Assembly (NCBI GenBank): GCA_963761995.1
Contig: CAVXIU010000006.1
Span: 3,681,684-3,745,683 of the forward strand
Origin: an uncultured delta proteobacterium
GTDB lineage: Bacteria; Desulfobacterota; Binatia; UTPRO1
Direction: 5' to 3'
Length of the DNA: 64,000 nt
Made by a program: the position numbers and the translations under genes. Below are positions 1 through 9,026 of the stretch, one piece after another. Under the pieces are notes generated by a model. The model did no database searches. It saw only the letters and a list, made by a program, of their open reading frames with translations, and was not told where the DNA came from. The stretch's first letter is position 1; each line of letters opens with the position of its first letter.

Positions 1-360
1 GAGACGACGTACTACATGAATCGCCAGGTGGGCTCCTGGCAGTCGGTGGGCATGCTACTCGCCGTCGGGCACTTCCTGATTCCGTTCTTTTTCCTGATGC
101 CGCGCGCCGTGAAACGCCACGCCGGACTGCTCACGGCGGGGGCGCTCTGGCTCCTCGTGATGCACTTCATCGACCTGCACTGGTGCGTGATGCCGGTGCT
201 GCACCGCGACGGCGTGCATTTCGGCGTCGTCGACGTCGCGACGTTCCTGGCGGTCGGCGGTTTCTTCTTGGCGGCGTTCGGCTGGGTCTCGAGCCGCCGG
301 GCCCTCATCCCGCTCCGCGATCCCCGTCTGCCGGAGTCGCTGTCGTTCGAAAACGTCTGA
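1..360 (+). CDS. Polytopic membrane protein, 3' fragment (gene starts upstream of the window). Possibly a quinol-oxidising complex membrane subunit next to the cox operon; that role is speculative.
   Basis: Frame 1 is open from base 1 to TGA at 358-360. Three hydrophobic helices are visible (LLAVGHFLIPFFFLM, LLTAGALWLLVMHFIDL, VATFLAVGGFFLAAFGW). GC3 is high. Confidence 0.5.
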   Translation, partial: ETTYYMNRQVGSWQSVGMLLAVGHFLIPFFFLMPRAVKRHAGLLTAGALWLLVMHFIDLHWCVMPVLHRDGVHFGVVDVATFLAVGGFFLAAFGWVSSRRALIPLRDPRLPESLSFENV

Positions 361-396
361 TCATCATCCTTCACACTTCCAAGCAGGAGGACAACA

Positions 397-1133
397 TGTC
401 GGGTCTTTCGAAATTGTTCGGGCAGAGCCTGGTCATCGGTGTGGTCGGGTCGCTGGCGGCGGCGTCGATCGCCTTCGCCGGCGCCACGGTCTCGGGAACC
501 GTGACGTACGACGGCAAGATCCCGAATCTGAAGCCGCTCGCGATGGATGCCGATCCCGCTTGCGCCGCCAAGCACGACAAGCCGGTCGCCAACGAGGCGC
601 TGGCGCTCGGCTCGGGCAACACCATGGGCAACATCATCGTCTCGGTGAAGAGCGGGCTCCCGGCCGGCAAGACCTACCCGGCGCCGAAAGAGCCGTTCGT
701 GATGGATCAGAACGGCTGCCAGTACAAGCCGCACGTGTTCGCGCTGCAGGTGGGACAGCCACTCAAGGTCCTGAACTCGGACGGCGTGCTCCACAACGTC
801 CACGCGCTCCCCAAGGTGAACGGCCAGTTCAACATGGCGATGCCGGCGACGCGTAAGGACGCCGAGCACACCTTCGACAAGGTGGAGGCCAACCCCTTCC
901 AGATCAAGTGCGACGTCCATCCCTGGATGACGGCCCACGTGTCGATCTTCGAGCATCCGTTCTTCTCGGTCACCAAGGACGACGGCAAGTTCACGATCAA
1001 GGACCTCCCCGCCGGGACGTACGAGATCGAAGCCTGGCACGAGAAGCTCGGCTCCAAGGTCGAGAAGGTCACGGTCGCCGAGGGCGACAACAAGACGGTG
1101 GACTACAAGTTCACCGCACCGGGCGGAAACTGA
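397..1133 (+). CDS. Secreted cupredoxin-like (type-1 copper) protein, a candidate electron donor to the oxidase.
   Basis: AGGAGG sits 8 nt upstream of ATG 397. An N-terminal signal peptide is present (MSGLSKLFGQSLVIGVVGSLAAASIAFAGA). The ligand pattern is H(LHNVH)...C-x2-H-x2-M (KCDVHPWM) near the C-terminus. The longer ORF from 183 is rejected because its 5' part is an R-rich off-frame artefact. Confidence 0.6.
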
Positions 1134-1155
1134 GCCGCCGAGGAGTCTGAATCAG

Positions 1156-2931
1156 ATGGAAGCACGACACGACGCAAGTCCGGCCCGCAAGCACGCCGAT
1201 CACGCCCACGAGCACGGGCACGGCCACGAGGAGCTCGGCTTCATTTGGAAGTACGTCTTCTCGACCGACCACAAGGTGATCGGCCTCCAGTACGCCGTCT
1301 CCGCGCTCTTCTTCCTCATGTTCGGCTTCTGCCTGATGATGCTGATGCGCTGGCAGCTCGCCTACCCGGGTCAGCCGCTGCCGCTGATCGGCAATTGGTT
1401 CGGCGAGGCCCGCATGCCGGGCGGCGTCATGACGCCCGACTTCTACAACGAGCTCGGCGCCATGCACGGCACCATCATGGTCTTCCTCGGTGTCGTGCCG
1501 CTCGGGGTGGGCGGCTTCGGGAACTACGTCCTACCGCTGCAGATCGGCGCCAAGGACATGGCGTTCCCGCGGCTGAACATGGCGAGCTACTGGTTCTTCA
1601 TCGTCGGCGGCCTGATGATGGTCTCGACCTTCTTCTGGCCGGGCGGCGCCGCGCAGTCGGGCTGGACGTCGTACGCCCCGCTCTCCGACATCAACCCCGG
1701 GCAGACGGGCTGGGTGATCTCGATGATCCTCATCATCACGTCGTCGCTGCTCGGCGCCGTGAACTTCATCGTCACCACCATCCAGCTGCGCACCAAAGGG
1801 ATGAGCTTCTTCCGCTTCCCCTTCTTCGTGTGGGCGCAGTTCGTGACGGCGTTCCTGCTCCTCCTCGCCTTCCCGCCGCTCGAGGTCGGGGCCTTCCTGC
1901 AGCTCATGGACCGCGTGACCGGCTCGAGCTTCTTCCTGCCGAGCGGCCTGGTGGTGAGCGGCACGCCCCTCCCGGTCGCGGGCGGCGGCAACCCGCTGCT
2001 CTGGCAGCACCTCTTCTGGTTCCTCGCCCATCCCGAGGTCTACGTCCTCATCCTCCCCGCCATGGGCATCGTCGCCGAGGTGCTGGCCAACAACAGCCGG
2101 AAGCCGCTCTGGGGCTACACGGCGATGGTCTACTCGATCATCTTCCTCGGCTTCATGTCGTTCATCGTGTGGGCGCACCACATGTTCATGACCGGCATGG
2201 GATCGGCGATCGCCGCCTTCTTCCAGACCACCACCATGATCATCTCGGTGCCGTCGGTGGTCATCCTGGCGTCGCTCTTCCTGTCGCTGTGGGGCGGGTC
2301 GATCCGCTTCACGAGCGCAATGCTGTTCGCGCTCGCCTTCCTGCCGATGTTCGGGATCGGCGGCCTGACCGGCCTGCCGCTCGGCCTCACGTCGGCCGAC
2401 ATCCACCTCCACGACACCTACTACGTGATCGCCCACTTCCACTACGTGGTCGCGCCGGGAACGCTCCTGGCCTTCTTCGCGGGCATCTATCACTGGTTCC
2501 CCAAGGCGACCGGACGCAAGATGAACGAGACGCTCGGCAAGCTGCATTTCTGGCTGACGTTCATCTGCATGAACGGCGTCTTCCTGCCGATGTTCTGGGT
2601 CGGCCTCGCGGGCGTGTCGCGGCGGCTCTACGACGGCGGCGCCAGCTACACCTTCGGCCAGCACGTGCTGTGGCTGAACGGCGTGAGCTCGTGGTCGGCG
2701 TGGATCATGGGCGCCGCGCAGCTGCTCTTCATCTTCAACTTCTTCTGGAGCATGCGCGGCGGCGAAAAGACCGACCGCAATCCCTGGCACGCGACCACCC
2801 TCGAGTGGGAGGCGCCCTCACCGCCGCCACACGGCAACTTCGAGCGCGACCTGGTCGTCTACCGCGGTCCGTACGACTACAGTCCGCGCGGCCACGCGAC
2901 CGACTTCCTTCCCCAAGCTCAGGAGGCCTGA
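1156..2931 (+). CDS. ctaD: Cytochrome c oxidase subunit I (heme-copper oxidase).
   Basis: 591 aa with 12 or more TM helices. It has the conserved His ligands and the WFFGHPEVY-like motif (FWFLAHPEVYVLILP) and HHMF. AGGAG sits 10 nt upstream. Confidence 0.95.
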   Translation: MEARHDASPARKHADHAHEHGHGHEELGFIWKYVFSTDHKVIGLQYAVSALFFLMFGFCLMMLMRWQLAYPGQPLPLIGNWFGEARMPGGVMTPDFYNELGAMHGTIMVFLGVVPLGVGGFGNYVLPLQIGAKDMAFPRLNMASYWFFIVGGLMMVSTFFWPGGAAQSGWTSYAPLSDINPGQTGWVISMILIITSSLLGAVNFIVTTIQLRTKGMSFFRFPFFVWAQFVTAFLLLLAFPPLEVGAFLQLMDRVTGSSFFLPSGLVVSGTPLPVAGGGNPLLWQHLFWFLAHPEVYVLILPAMGIVAEVLANNSRKPLWGYTAMVYSIIFLGFMSFIVWAHHMFMTGMGSAIAAFFQTTTMIISVPSVVILASLFLSLWGGSIRFTSAMLFALAFLPMFGIGGLTGLPLGLTSADIHLHDTYYVIAHFHYVVAPGTLLAFFAGIYHWFPKATGRKMNETLGKLHFWLTFICMNGVFLPMFWVGLAGVSRRLYDGGASYTFGQHVLWLNGVSSWSAWIMGAAQLLFIFNFFWSMRGGEKTDRNPWHATTLEWEAPSPPPHGNFERDLVVYRGPYDYSPRGHATDFLPQAQEA

Positions 2932-2937
2932 CCCGTC

Positions 2938-3531
2938 ATGGAGCTGATCCCCTACATCACCGAGGCGCGGCCGGACACCGGCCTCACCAACGGCAAGATC
3001 GGCATCTGGTGCTTCCTCGCGTCCGAGGTCATGCTCTTCGGCGCCTTCTTCGCGAGCTACATCGTGCTGCGCGTGGGCTCGGTCGAGTGGCCCCACGGCT
3101 CGTCCGTCCTGAACGTGCCGATGGCCACCGCCAACACCGTCGTGCTCATCACCTCGAGCGTCACCATGGTCATGGCCTGGGCCTCGCTCATGCGGAACGA
3201 CCTCGGCCGCTACCGCATGTTCCTTGGCGCCACGGTCGGTCTCGGCGCCGTGTTCTGCGTCATCAAGACCTTCGAGTACGGGGCGAAGTTCGAGCACCAC
3301 CTGCTGCCCCACACCAACAACTTCATCGCGCTCTACTTCATCATGACGGGCCTGCACGCCCTGCACGTGATCGGCGGCATGCTCGTCAACGGCTACTTCC
3401 TGGTCGCCGCCGGCAGCTACTGGGAGCACGACCGCGCGCTGCTCGCCAACCGGGTCGAGAACTCGGGGCTGTTCTGGCACTTCGTCGACCTGGTGTGGAT
3501 CTTCCTCTTCCCCATTCTCTATCTGCTGTAA
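2938..3531 (+). CDS. ctaE: Cytochrome c oxidase subunit III.
   Basis: 197 aa, typical subunit III helices (GIWCFLASEVMLFGAFFASY...). AGGAGG RBS. Begins 7 nt after the coxA stop. Confidence 0.9.
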   Translation: MELIPYITEARPDTGLTNGKIGIWCFLASEVMLFGAFFASYIVLRVGSVEWPHGSSVLNVPMATANTVVLITSSVTMVMAWASLMRNDLGRYRMFLGATVGLGAVFCVIKTFEYGAKFEHHLLPHTNNFIALYFIMTGLHALHVIGGMLVNGYFLVAAGSYWEHDRALLANRVENSGLFWHFVDLVWIFLFPILYLL

Positions 3532-3543
3532 GGAGAACGCTGA

Positions 3544-3864
3544 ATGGAAAGTCATGCCCTGAGCCCCGCCGACATCGACAAGCACGTCCGCGGCTACGTC
3601 ATCGTCTTCCTGACCCTGCTGGCGCTGACGGCCCTCACCGTCATGGTCTCCTATCTGCACGTCGAGGTGCACCTGGCGATCCTGGTGGCCCTGGTGATCG
3701 CCATCACCAAGGCCTCGCTGGTGGCGCTCTTCTTCATGCACCTGATTTCCGAACGGCAGGTGATCTACCTGATCATGGCCGTCACCATCGCCTTCGCGGT
3801 CGTGCTCCTGCTGTTGCCCATCCTGACCAACCTGGACCACATCAGGATCGTCGGGCACTCTTAG
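3544..3864 (+). CDS. Cytochrome c oxidase subunit IV (prokaryotic CoxD/CtaF-type).
   Basis: 106 aa with three TM helices (VIVFLTLLALTALTVMVSYLHVEVH...). AGGAG RBS. Directly follows subunit III. Confidence 0.75.
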   Translation: MESHALSPADIDKHVRGYVIVFLTLLALTALTVMVSYLHVEVHLAILVALVIAITKASLVALFFMHLISERQVIYLIMAVTIAFAVVLLLLPILTNLDHIRIVGHS

Positions 3865-3874
3865 GGCACCATGC

Positions 3875-4078
3875 ATGTCGCTGAAGAACATTCACGTCGT
3901 CTTCATCACCGCCGCGACCGCGCTCTGTCTCTTGTTCGGCGCGTGGTGCTACACGCAGTGGCAGGCGGAGGGAGGCGCGGGGATGCTCGCCGGCGCGGCG
4001 GGCTCGCTGGCGACGGCGATCGGCCTCTTGGTCTACGGCCGCTGGTTTCTCATCAAGATGAAGGACATGGACGGATGA
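3875..4078 (+). CDS. Small 2-TM membrane protein in the oxidase operon.
   Basis: 67 aa, hydrophobic, high GC3. Lies between subunit IV and the next small ORF. Confidence 0.5.
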   Translation: MSLKNIHVVFITAATALCLLFGAWCYTQWQAEGGAGMLAGAAGSLATAIGLLVYGRWFLIKMKDMDG

Positions 4079-4326
4079 CCGTGCGGTTCGGCCTCACGGT
4101 CGCGCTGGTCCTCCTGTGGACGCGCGTCGCCCTCGCCTGCCCCGTCTGCTTCGGCGATCCCAACGCGCAGATGACCAAGGGAACGGAGAGCGGCGTCTGG
4201 TTCCTGCTCGCCATCCTGGTCGGCGTCCAGGTCGGTTTCGGGATCTTCTTTCTCTACTTGCGGCGGCGCGCTCGGGACTTTCGTGATCCCATGCCGCGGC
4301 CGGTGTTCCGCCTCGTGAAAGGTTAG
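4075..4326 (+). CDS. Small secreted/membrane protein with a CPVC motif (possible metal-handling accessory).
   Basis: Its ATG at 4075 overlaps the upstream stop as ATGA. It has a signal-like N-terminus, ACPVCFGD, then one TM helix. 83 aa. Confidence 0.5.
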   Translation: MTVRFGLTVALVLLWTRVALACPVCFGDPNAQMTKGTESGVWFLLAILVGVQVGFGIFFLYLRRRARDFRDPMPRPVFRLVKG

Positions 4327-4337
4327 AAGGGCACTCC

Positions 4338-5150
4338 ATGGACATTCAGAAGTGGCTCTACCTCCCCGACCTGGCGTCCGCGCACGGCGGCGATCTCGAC
4401 CGCCTCACCTGGTACGTCCATTTGCTCATGGCCGTGCTGTTCGTCGGCTGGCTCGTGTATTTCGTCATCGCGCTCTTCAAGTTCCGCGCCTCCGCCCACC
4501 CCGTGGCCAACCCCGACGGCGTGGAGAACCACGTCTCGAGCTACATCGAGGTGGCGGTGGTCGTGGTCGAGGCGGTACTGCTGCTCGGCTTCTCGGTCCC
4601 GTTGTGGGCCGCGCGCGTCGACAACTTCCCGCCCGAGGGCACGGCGACGCGGGTCCGCGTCATCGCCCAGCAGTTCGCGTGGAACATCCACTACCCCGGC
4701 GCCGACGGCGTCTTCGGCAAGACCGACATCAAGCAGCTCGACGCCCAGGCCAACCCGATCGGCCTCGACAAGAGCGACCCGGCGGCCGCCGACGACTTCA
4801 CCACCGTGAACCAGCTCCACCTGCCGGTGAACACGCCGGCGATCGTGTATCTCTCCAGCCTCGACGTCATCCACAGCTTCGGCCTCCAGGAGATGCGCGT
4901 GAAGCAGGACGCCATCCCCGGCCTGGTCACGCCGATCTGGTTCGAGCCCACCGTCACCAGCGACGACATGAAAAAGAAGAAGGGCGACGACAAGTGGAGC
5001 TACGAGATCTCGTGCGCCCAGCTCTGCGGCCTCGGCCACTACCGCATGAAGGGCTTCCTCACGATCGACACGCCCGAGCAGTACGCGAAGTGGACCGGCG
5101 AGCAAGCGGCCGCGGCGAAGGGCTCGGGCGAAGATTCGGGCTGGGACTAG
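4338..5150 (+). CDS. ctaC: Cytochrome c oxidase subunit II (CuA). No fused cytochrome c domain, so aa3-type.
   Basis: Two N-terminal TM helices. CuA ligands are in ISCAQLCGLGHYRM and HSFGLQEM. 270 aa. Confidence 0.9.
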   Translation: MDIQKWLYLPDLASAHGGDLDRLTWYVHLLMAVLFVGWLVYFVIALFKFRASAHPVANPDGVENHVSSYIEVAVVVVEAVLLLGFSVPLWAARVDNFPPEGTATRVRVIAQQFAWNIHYPGADGVFGKTDIKQLDAQANPIGLDKSDPAAADDFTTVNQLHLPVNTPAIVYLSSLDVIHSFGLQEMRVKQDAIPGLVTPIWFEPTVTSDDMKKKKGDDKWSYEISCAQLCGLGHYRMKGFLTIDTPEQYAKWTGEQAAAAKGSGEDSGWD

Positions 5151-5210
5151 TCAAGCTGTGAGCCGTTGATACGGCGGTCGCATCTTCCCACGGCGTCGCG
5201 GTGAGCCCAC

Positions 5211-6482
5211 ATGGGTCGTCGGCTGACGCGCAGGGAGAGCGCCCTCCACGGATCGATCTTCGGCCATCTCGAGGACCTCAATGTCGAGCCGGATCAACGT
5301 CTCCAACGCGCTCTTGAGATCGCGTTCGCCGAGACATCTCCCCTCCTCGACTCGCACGTGTTCCATGCCCTGCTTCGCCTCGACACCCGCGTCGCCTGGC
5401 ACGCGAAGGTAGAGGAAGCGATCGAGCGCATCGGGCGCTCTTCATATCGCTCGTGGCTCTGGCTGCAGGGCGAGGGTCCGCGCCGCAACACCAAAGAAAC
5501 GTCATTGGAGTTGGCGACCGCGAACATCACCTTGGATCACGTACTCACGCGTGCGCTCGCGATACGCCGAGACCCACGGACGCTCGGCTCAAACGACTTC
5601 CTGCGAGCAATCGCGGAGCTCGCCGAGAAGTTTCCCCAGCCGAAGAAGGGAATCAATCTGGCGAGACCCCACACCGTCGATCTGCTGTGCGAGCTTTTGG
5701 ACGGCGAGCGCCACACCGATTTTCGCGATGCGCCGCTCACGCGGGAGGTCGTGGAGTTCTTCTCAACGGCGGGAGGTGCCGACGATTTCCAGTTGCTCCT
5801 GTCGATCGAGAGCGGCCGAATCGTCCTACGGCCGTACACCGTGCTGGGCGACTTCGTCGTACGACAGAGCGATCGTCTCGTCACACCGAACCGTGCGCTA
5901 CTGAGCGACCTAAAGGGCCTCCTGGGAGCGTTCGAGCCAGACGAAGTGGACGAACTAGAGAATCTCCTCAACGATCCTAGCGCTGGGGAGCTGCAGTTCC
6001 AGAGATTCTTCGAGCACCATCCCCACTTCTTCAGGCGCTGGGATCATCGAGAGGTCCATCCTCACGTCGTCCTACAGCGCGAAACAGGCAATTTGATCCC
6101 TGATTTCCTCTTGACCGATCGCGAAGCCCAGAAGGCCGCCATCGTCGAATTGAAATTGCCGACTACGATTGTCCGGCGGCAGCAAAACCGCGATCGTTTC
6201 GCAACCTCCGTCATCGAGGCGCGGGCGCAGCTGCTGCGCTACCGGGATTGGTTCGAAGATCCCGGCAACCGACAACGGCTGTTACCGCAACTCGGAATGG
6301 AGGTCTTTCGGCCACGACTGGCCGTCATCATCGGTCGATCGAGCGACTTCGTCGACGCCATCGATCGCCAGCGTCTCGCATCGGACAATCCCGACATCGA
6401 GGTCGTCACGTATGACGAGATACTGACCTATGCGAAGCGGCGCCGCGTGCTACTGGAGAACGTGCGCAGAGACACGCCCTAG
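5211..6482 (+). CDS. RecB-like PD-(D/E)xK nuclease (Shedu/DUF4263-like candidate defence nuclease) with an uncharacterised N-terminal domain.
   Basis: 423 aa. C-terminal motifs: IPDFLL (D), IVELK (ExK) and QLLRY (QxxxY). The gene is ~55-60% GC against ~70% in the flanks. Confidence 0.55.
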   Translation: MGRRLTRRESALHGSIFGHLEDLNVEPDQRLQRALEIAFAETSPLLDSHVFHALLRLDTRVAWHAKVEEAIERIGRSSYRSWLWLQGEGPRRNTKETSLELATANITLDHVLTRALAIRRDPRTLGSNDFLRAIAELAEKFPQPKKGINLARPHTVDLLCELLDGERHTDFRDAPLTREVVEFFSTAGGADDFQLLLSIESGRIVLRPYTVLGDFVVRQSDRLVTPNRALLSDLKGLLGAFEPDEVDELENLLNDPSAGELQFQRFFEHHPHFFRRWDHREVHPHVVLQRETGNLIPDFLLTDREAQKAAIVELKLPTTIVRRQQNRDRFATSVIEARAQLLRYRDWFEDPGNRQRLLPQLGMEVFRPRLAVIIGRSSDFVDAIDRQRLASDNPDIEVVTYDEILTYAKRRRVLLENVRRDTP

Positions 6483-6898
6483 TTGCGCGGCGCGAGCCTG
6501 ATCTCTCGGCGGAACTCCCGAAGCAGCGCCGCGCCATCCTCGCCGGCGAAGAGGCGCGCGACGAACTCGGCCCAGCGGAGCGCCGGGCGCATGGTGATGC
6601 GGAGACGGACCGGCTGCTCCGTCGGGTTCCAGGCGAGATGCGGCGTCCCGGGCGGAACGACCACCGTATCGCCGGGAGCGGCGGTCGTCTCGGTATCCCC
6701 GATCTGGAACGCCGCCCTGCCCTCCAGGATCTCGTAGCGCTCCTCCATCTCCGGATGCAGGTGCGCGGCGGCGCGGCGGCCGGGGCGCGTCCAGGTGCTG
6801 TGCATCACCAGCAGCGCGGGGCTCTGGTGCTCGAAGACGATCTGCTCACCGGTGCGCGGGTTCTCGATCATCGGTCCGGAGCCCTTTGCCTGTTCCAT
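6479..6898 (-). CDS. Cupin domain protein.
   Basis: Beta-barrel cupin signature (IVFEH..., HLHPEMEERYEILEGRAAF, PPGTPH). The longer ORF reaching 7450 is a GC-rich overrun. The start could instead be 6871. Confidence 0.7.
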   Translation of the reverse strand: MEQAKGSGPMIENPRTGEQIVFEHQSPALLVMHSTWTRPGRRAAAHLHPEMEERYEILEGRAAFQIGDTETTAAPGDTVVVPPGTPHLAWNPTEQPVRLRITMRPALRWAEFVARLFAGEDGAALLREFRREIRLAPRN

Positions 6899-6961
6899 TC
6901 CCCGTCCTGGATCAAGCGGCCTCCTTGACGGAGCGGGGTCGCGGGGCGTAGCCAGCCCGCT

Positions 6962-7423
6962 GTGCTCTCCCTGCTCGTTCACGCCGCGCTCGGCGCGCTC
7001 ACCGTCTGGATCTTCTTCCGTTTGAATGCCCACCTCTACCGGAACGACTGGCCGGGCTCCGGGGCCACGCCGCTCGAGGGCCTCTACTACCTGCTCGCGA
7101 TCGTGTCGGTGGTCGCCGGCTGGTACTTCAACGTGCGCTACGTCTTCGGCTACCCCGCCGAGTACAGCTGGACGCACTTCACCGCGATGCTCTTCGCCAA
7201 CCCGGCGGCGGGGTCGGTCGGGCAGGACATGATCATCACCAACGTGCTGCTGTTCCCGCTCTGGACGATGATCGACGGGCCGCGGCGCGGCCTCCGCGGC
7301 ACCTGGATCTACTTCGTGATGAGCCTGTTCACGAGCTTCAGCTTCGCGATGGGCATGTATCTCGCCGCGCAGGAGCGGCAGGTGCGCTGGCTCGCGGCGC
7401 GGGGGTCCGATTCCCGACCGTGA
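6962..7423 (+). CDS. Hypothetical 4-TM membrane protein.
   Basis: Starts at GTG. 153 aa with four hydrophobic helices and good GC3. Confidence 0.5.
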   Translation: MLSLLVHAALGALTVWIFFRLNAHLYRNDWPGSGATPLEGLYYLLAIVSVVAGWYFNVRYVFGYPAEYSWTHFTAMLFANPAAGSVGQDMIITNVLLFPLWTMIDGPRRGLRGTWIYFVMSLFTSFSFAMGMYLAAQERQVRWLAARGSDSRP

Positions 7424-9026
7424 CGTCATCGTCGTCGGCGCCGGCCACAACGGCCTCGCCGCGACGGCCCTCCTCGCGGCGCGTGGGCTCCGCGTGCTCT
7501 GCCTCGAGAAGAACGCCTACGTCGGCGGCATGGCGGGGACGCGCGAGATCCTGACCGGCTGCCGGAACGACGTCGGCGCGAGCCTGCTCTTCCCGCTCGC
7601 CAAGGGCGTGGCCGAGGAGCTCGAGCTCGCCCGCTACGGCGTCGAGCTCATCGACCTGCCGATCATGGCGTCGAACCTGAACTCGCCGACCTCGCCGCCC
7701 GCGATCTTCTACGCCAACCCGCTCCGCATGGCGCTCTACGTGCTCCGCCACTTCGGCGTGCGCGCCATGGCGGGCTTCGTGCGCCTGATGGCGTTCTGCA
7801 AGTACCCGGCGAGCGTCATGGACCGCTTCACGCCGCGAAGCGTGCCGCGCACGCTCGCCGAGCTGCTGGCCGCGGCACCCGACGACGCGCAAGCGCCGGC
7901 AGCTCGAGCTGGCGTTCACCGGCAGCGCGATGGACCTGATCGACCGCTTCCTGCCCGACCGGCGGCGGCATCGGACGCTCCGCGCACTGGTCGCCTTCGC
8001 CGCCGTGCAATCGACCTACAAGGGACCGTTCACGCCCGGAAGCGCGCTCTGCCTCGTCTACACCTTCGCGCAGAACGAGGGCGGCGGCCTCATGCGGCGG
8101 GTGAAGGGCGGCATGGGCTCGTTGTCCGAGGCGCTCGCGCGCTCGATCGCCGAGAAGGGCGGCGAGGTGCGGCTCGAAGTCGCCCGTCAGGCGCGTGCTG
8201 ATCGAGGACGGGCATGCGGTGGGCGTCGAGCTCCGCGACGGCAGCGCGTCTGACCGCACGCGCGGTGCTCTCCAACCTCGACAAGCCGGCGACCTTCTTC
8301 GGCCTGGTCGGGCGCGAGCACCTCGACGCCGCGACCATCGATCTCATCGAGCGCGTCGAGCAGCGCGGCGCCTACGTACACCTGCTCTTCAAGCTGAAGC
8401 GTCTGCCGCGCTACGGCCCGCCCTTCGAGCACCTGAACGCCGACCCGCGGACGCGCTTCAACACGACGCTGGTCCCCGACCCCGAGCTGCAACAGGCGAG
8501 CTACGAGGCCTGCCGGCGCGGCGAGGTGCCGGAGCACCCGCCGGTCGGGATGCAGATCCCGACGGTGATGGATCCGAGCCTCGCACCCGCAGGCTTCCAC
8601 ATCGCGACCACCTACGGCTTCTTCTTCCCCTGCGAGGCGCCGAAGGAGGAGCGCGGGCGGCTCCGCGACGAAATGGCCGAGCGCATCCTCGACCGCCTCT
8701 CCGAGTTCCTCCCCGACCTCCGCGACTGCATCGTCGAGCGCGCGGTCTTCTCGTCGGAGCACTTCGCGACCATGCAGGGGGCGACGAACGGCGACTTCAC
8801 GCACGGGCTGATCCATCCGGAGCAGATGATCGGCGGACGGCTCCTGGTACCGGGCTCGGCGCACGCGACGCCGATCGCGGGGCTGTATCTCTGCGGCGCG
8901 TCCTGCCATCCGGGTCCGGGCGTGACGTTCCTGCCGGGGTACGGCGCCGCCTACGAGGTGGCGGAGGCGTTGGCGCGCCCGCCGCGCGCGGCGGAAGAAT
9001 CGGTCACTCGGGCGGCGGCGGTGTAG
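7419..9026 (+). pseudogene. Phytoene desaturase family (CrtI-like) FAD oxidoreductase, disrupted by at least 3 frameshifts and lacking an in-frame start codon.
   Basis: The dinucleotide-binding motif DVIVVGAGHNGLAATALLAARG is in frame 0 with no ATG/GTG/TTG upstream. The CrtI-like sequence continues in frame 1 (7930-8190), then frame 2 (~8195-8240), then frame 0 (8214-9026). Confidence 0.6.

Noticed and set aside
183-1133. A 316-aa ORF, and 3871-4326, as longer versions of the cupredoxin and the small CxxC protein.
   Set aside because: The 5' portions are R/P-rich with poor codon usage and overlap upstream genes. Internal ATGs with AGGAGG RBS or ATGA coupling give sensible proteins.
4352-5161. 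A 269-aa alternative-frame ORF overlapping coxB.
   Set aside because: It is an Arg-rich off-frame artefact. The coxB frame has CuA ligands and TM helices.
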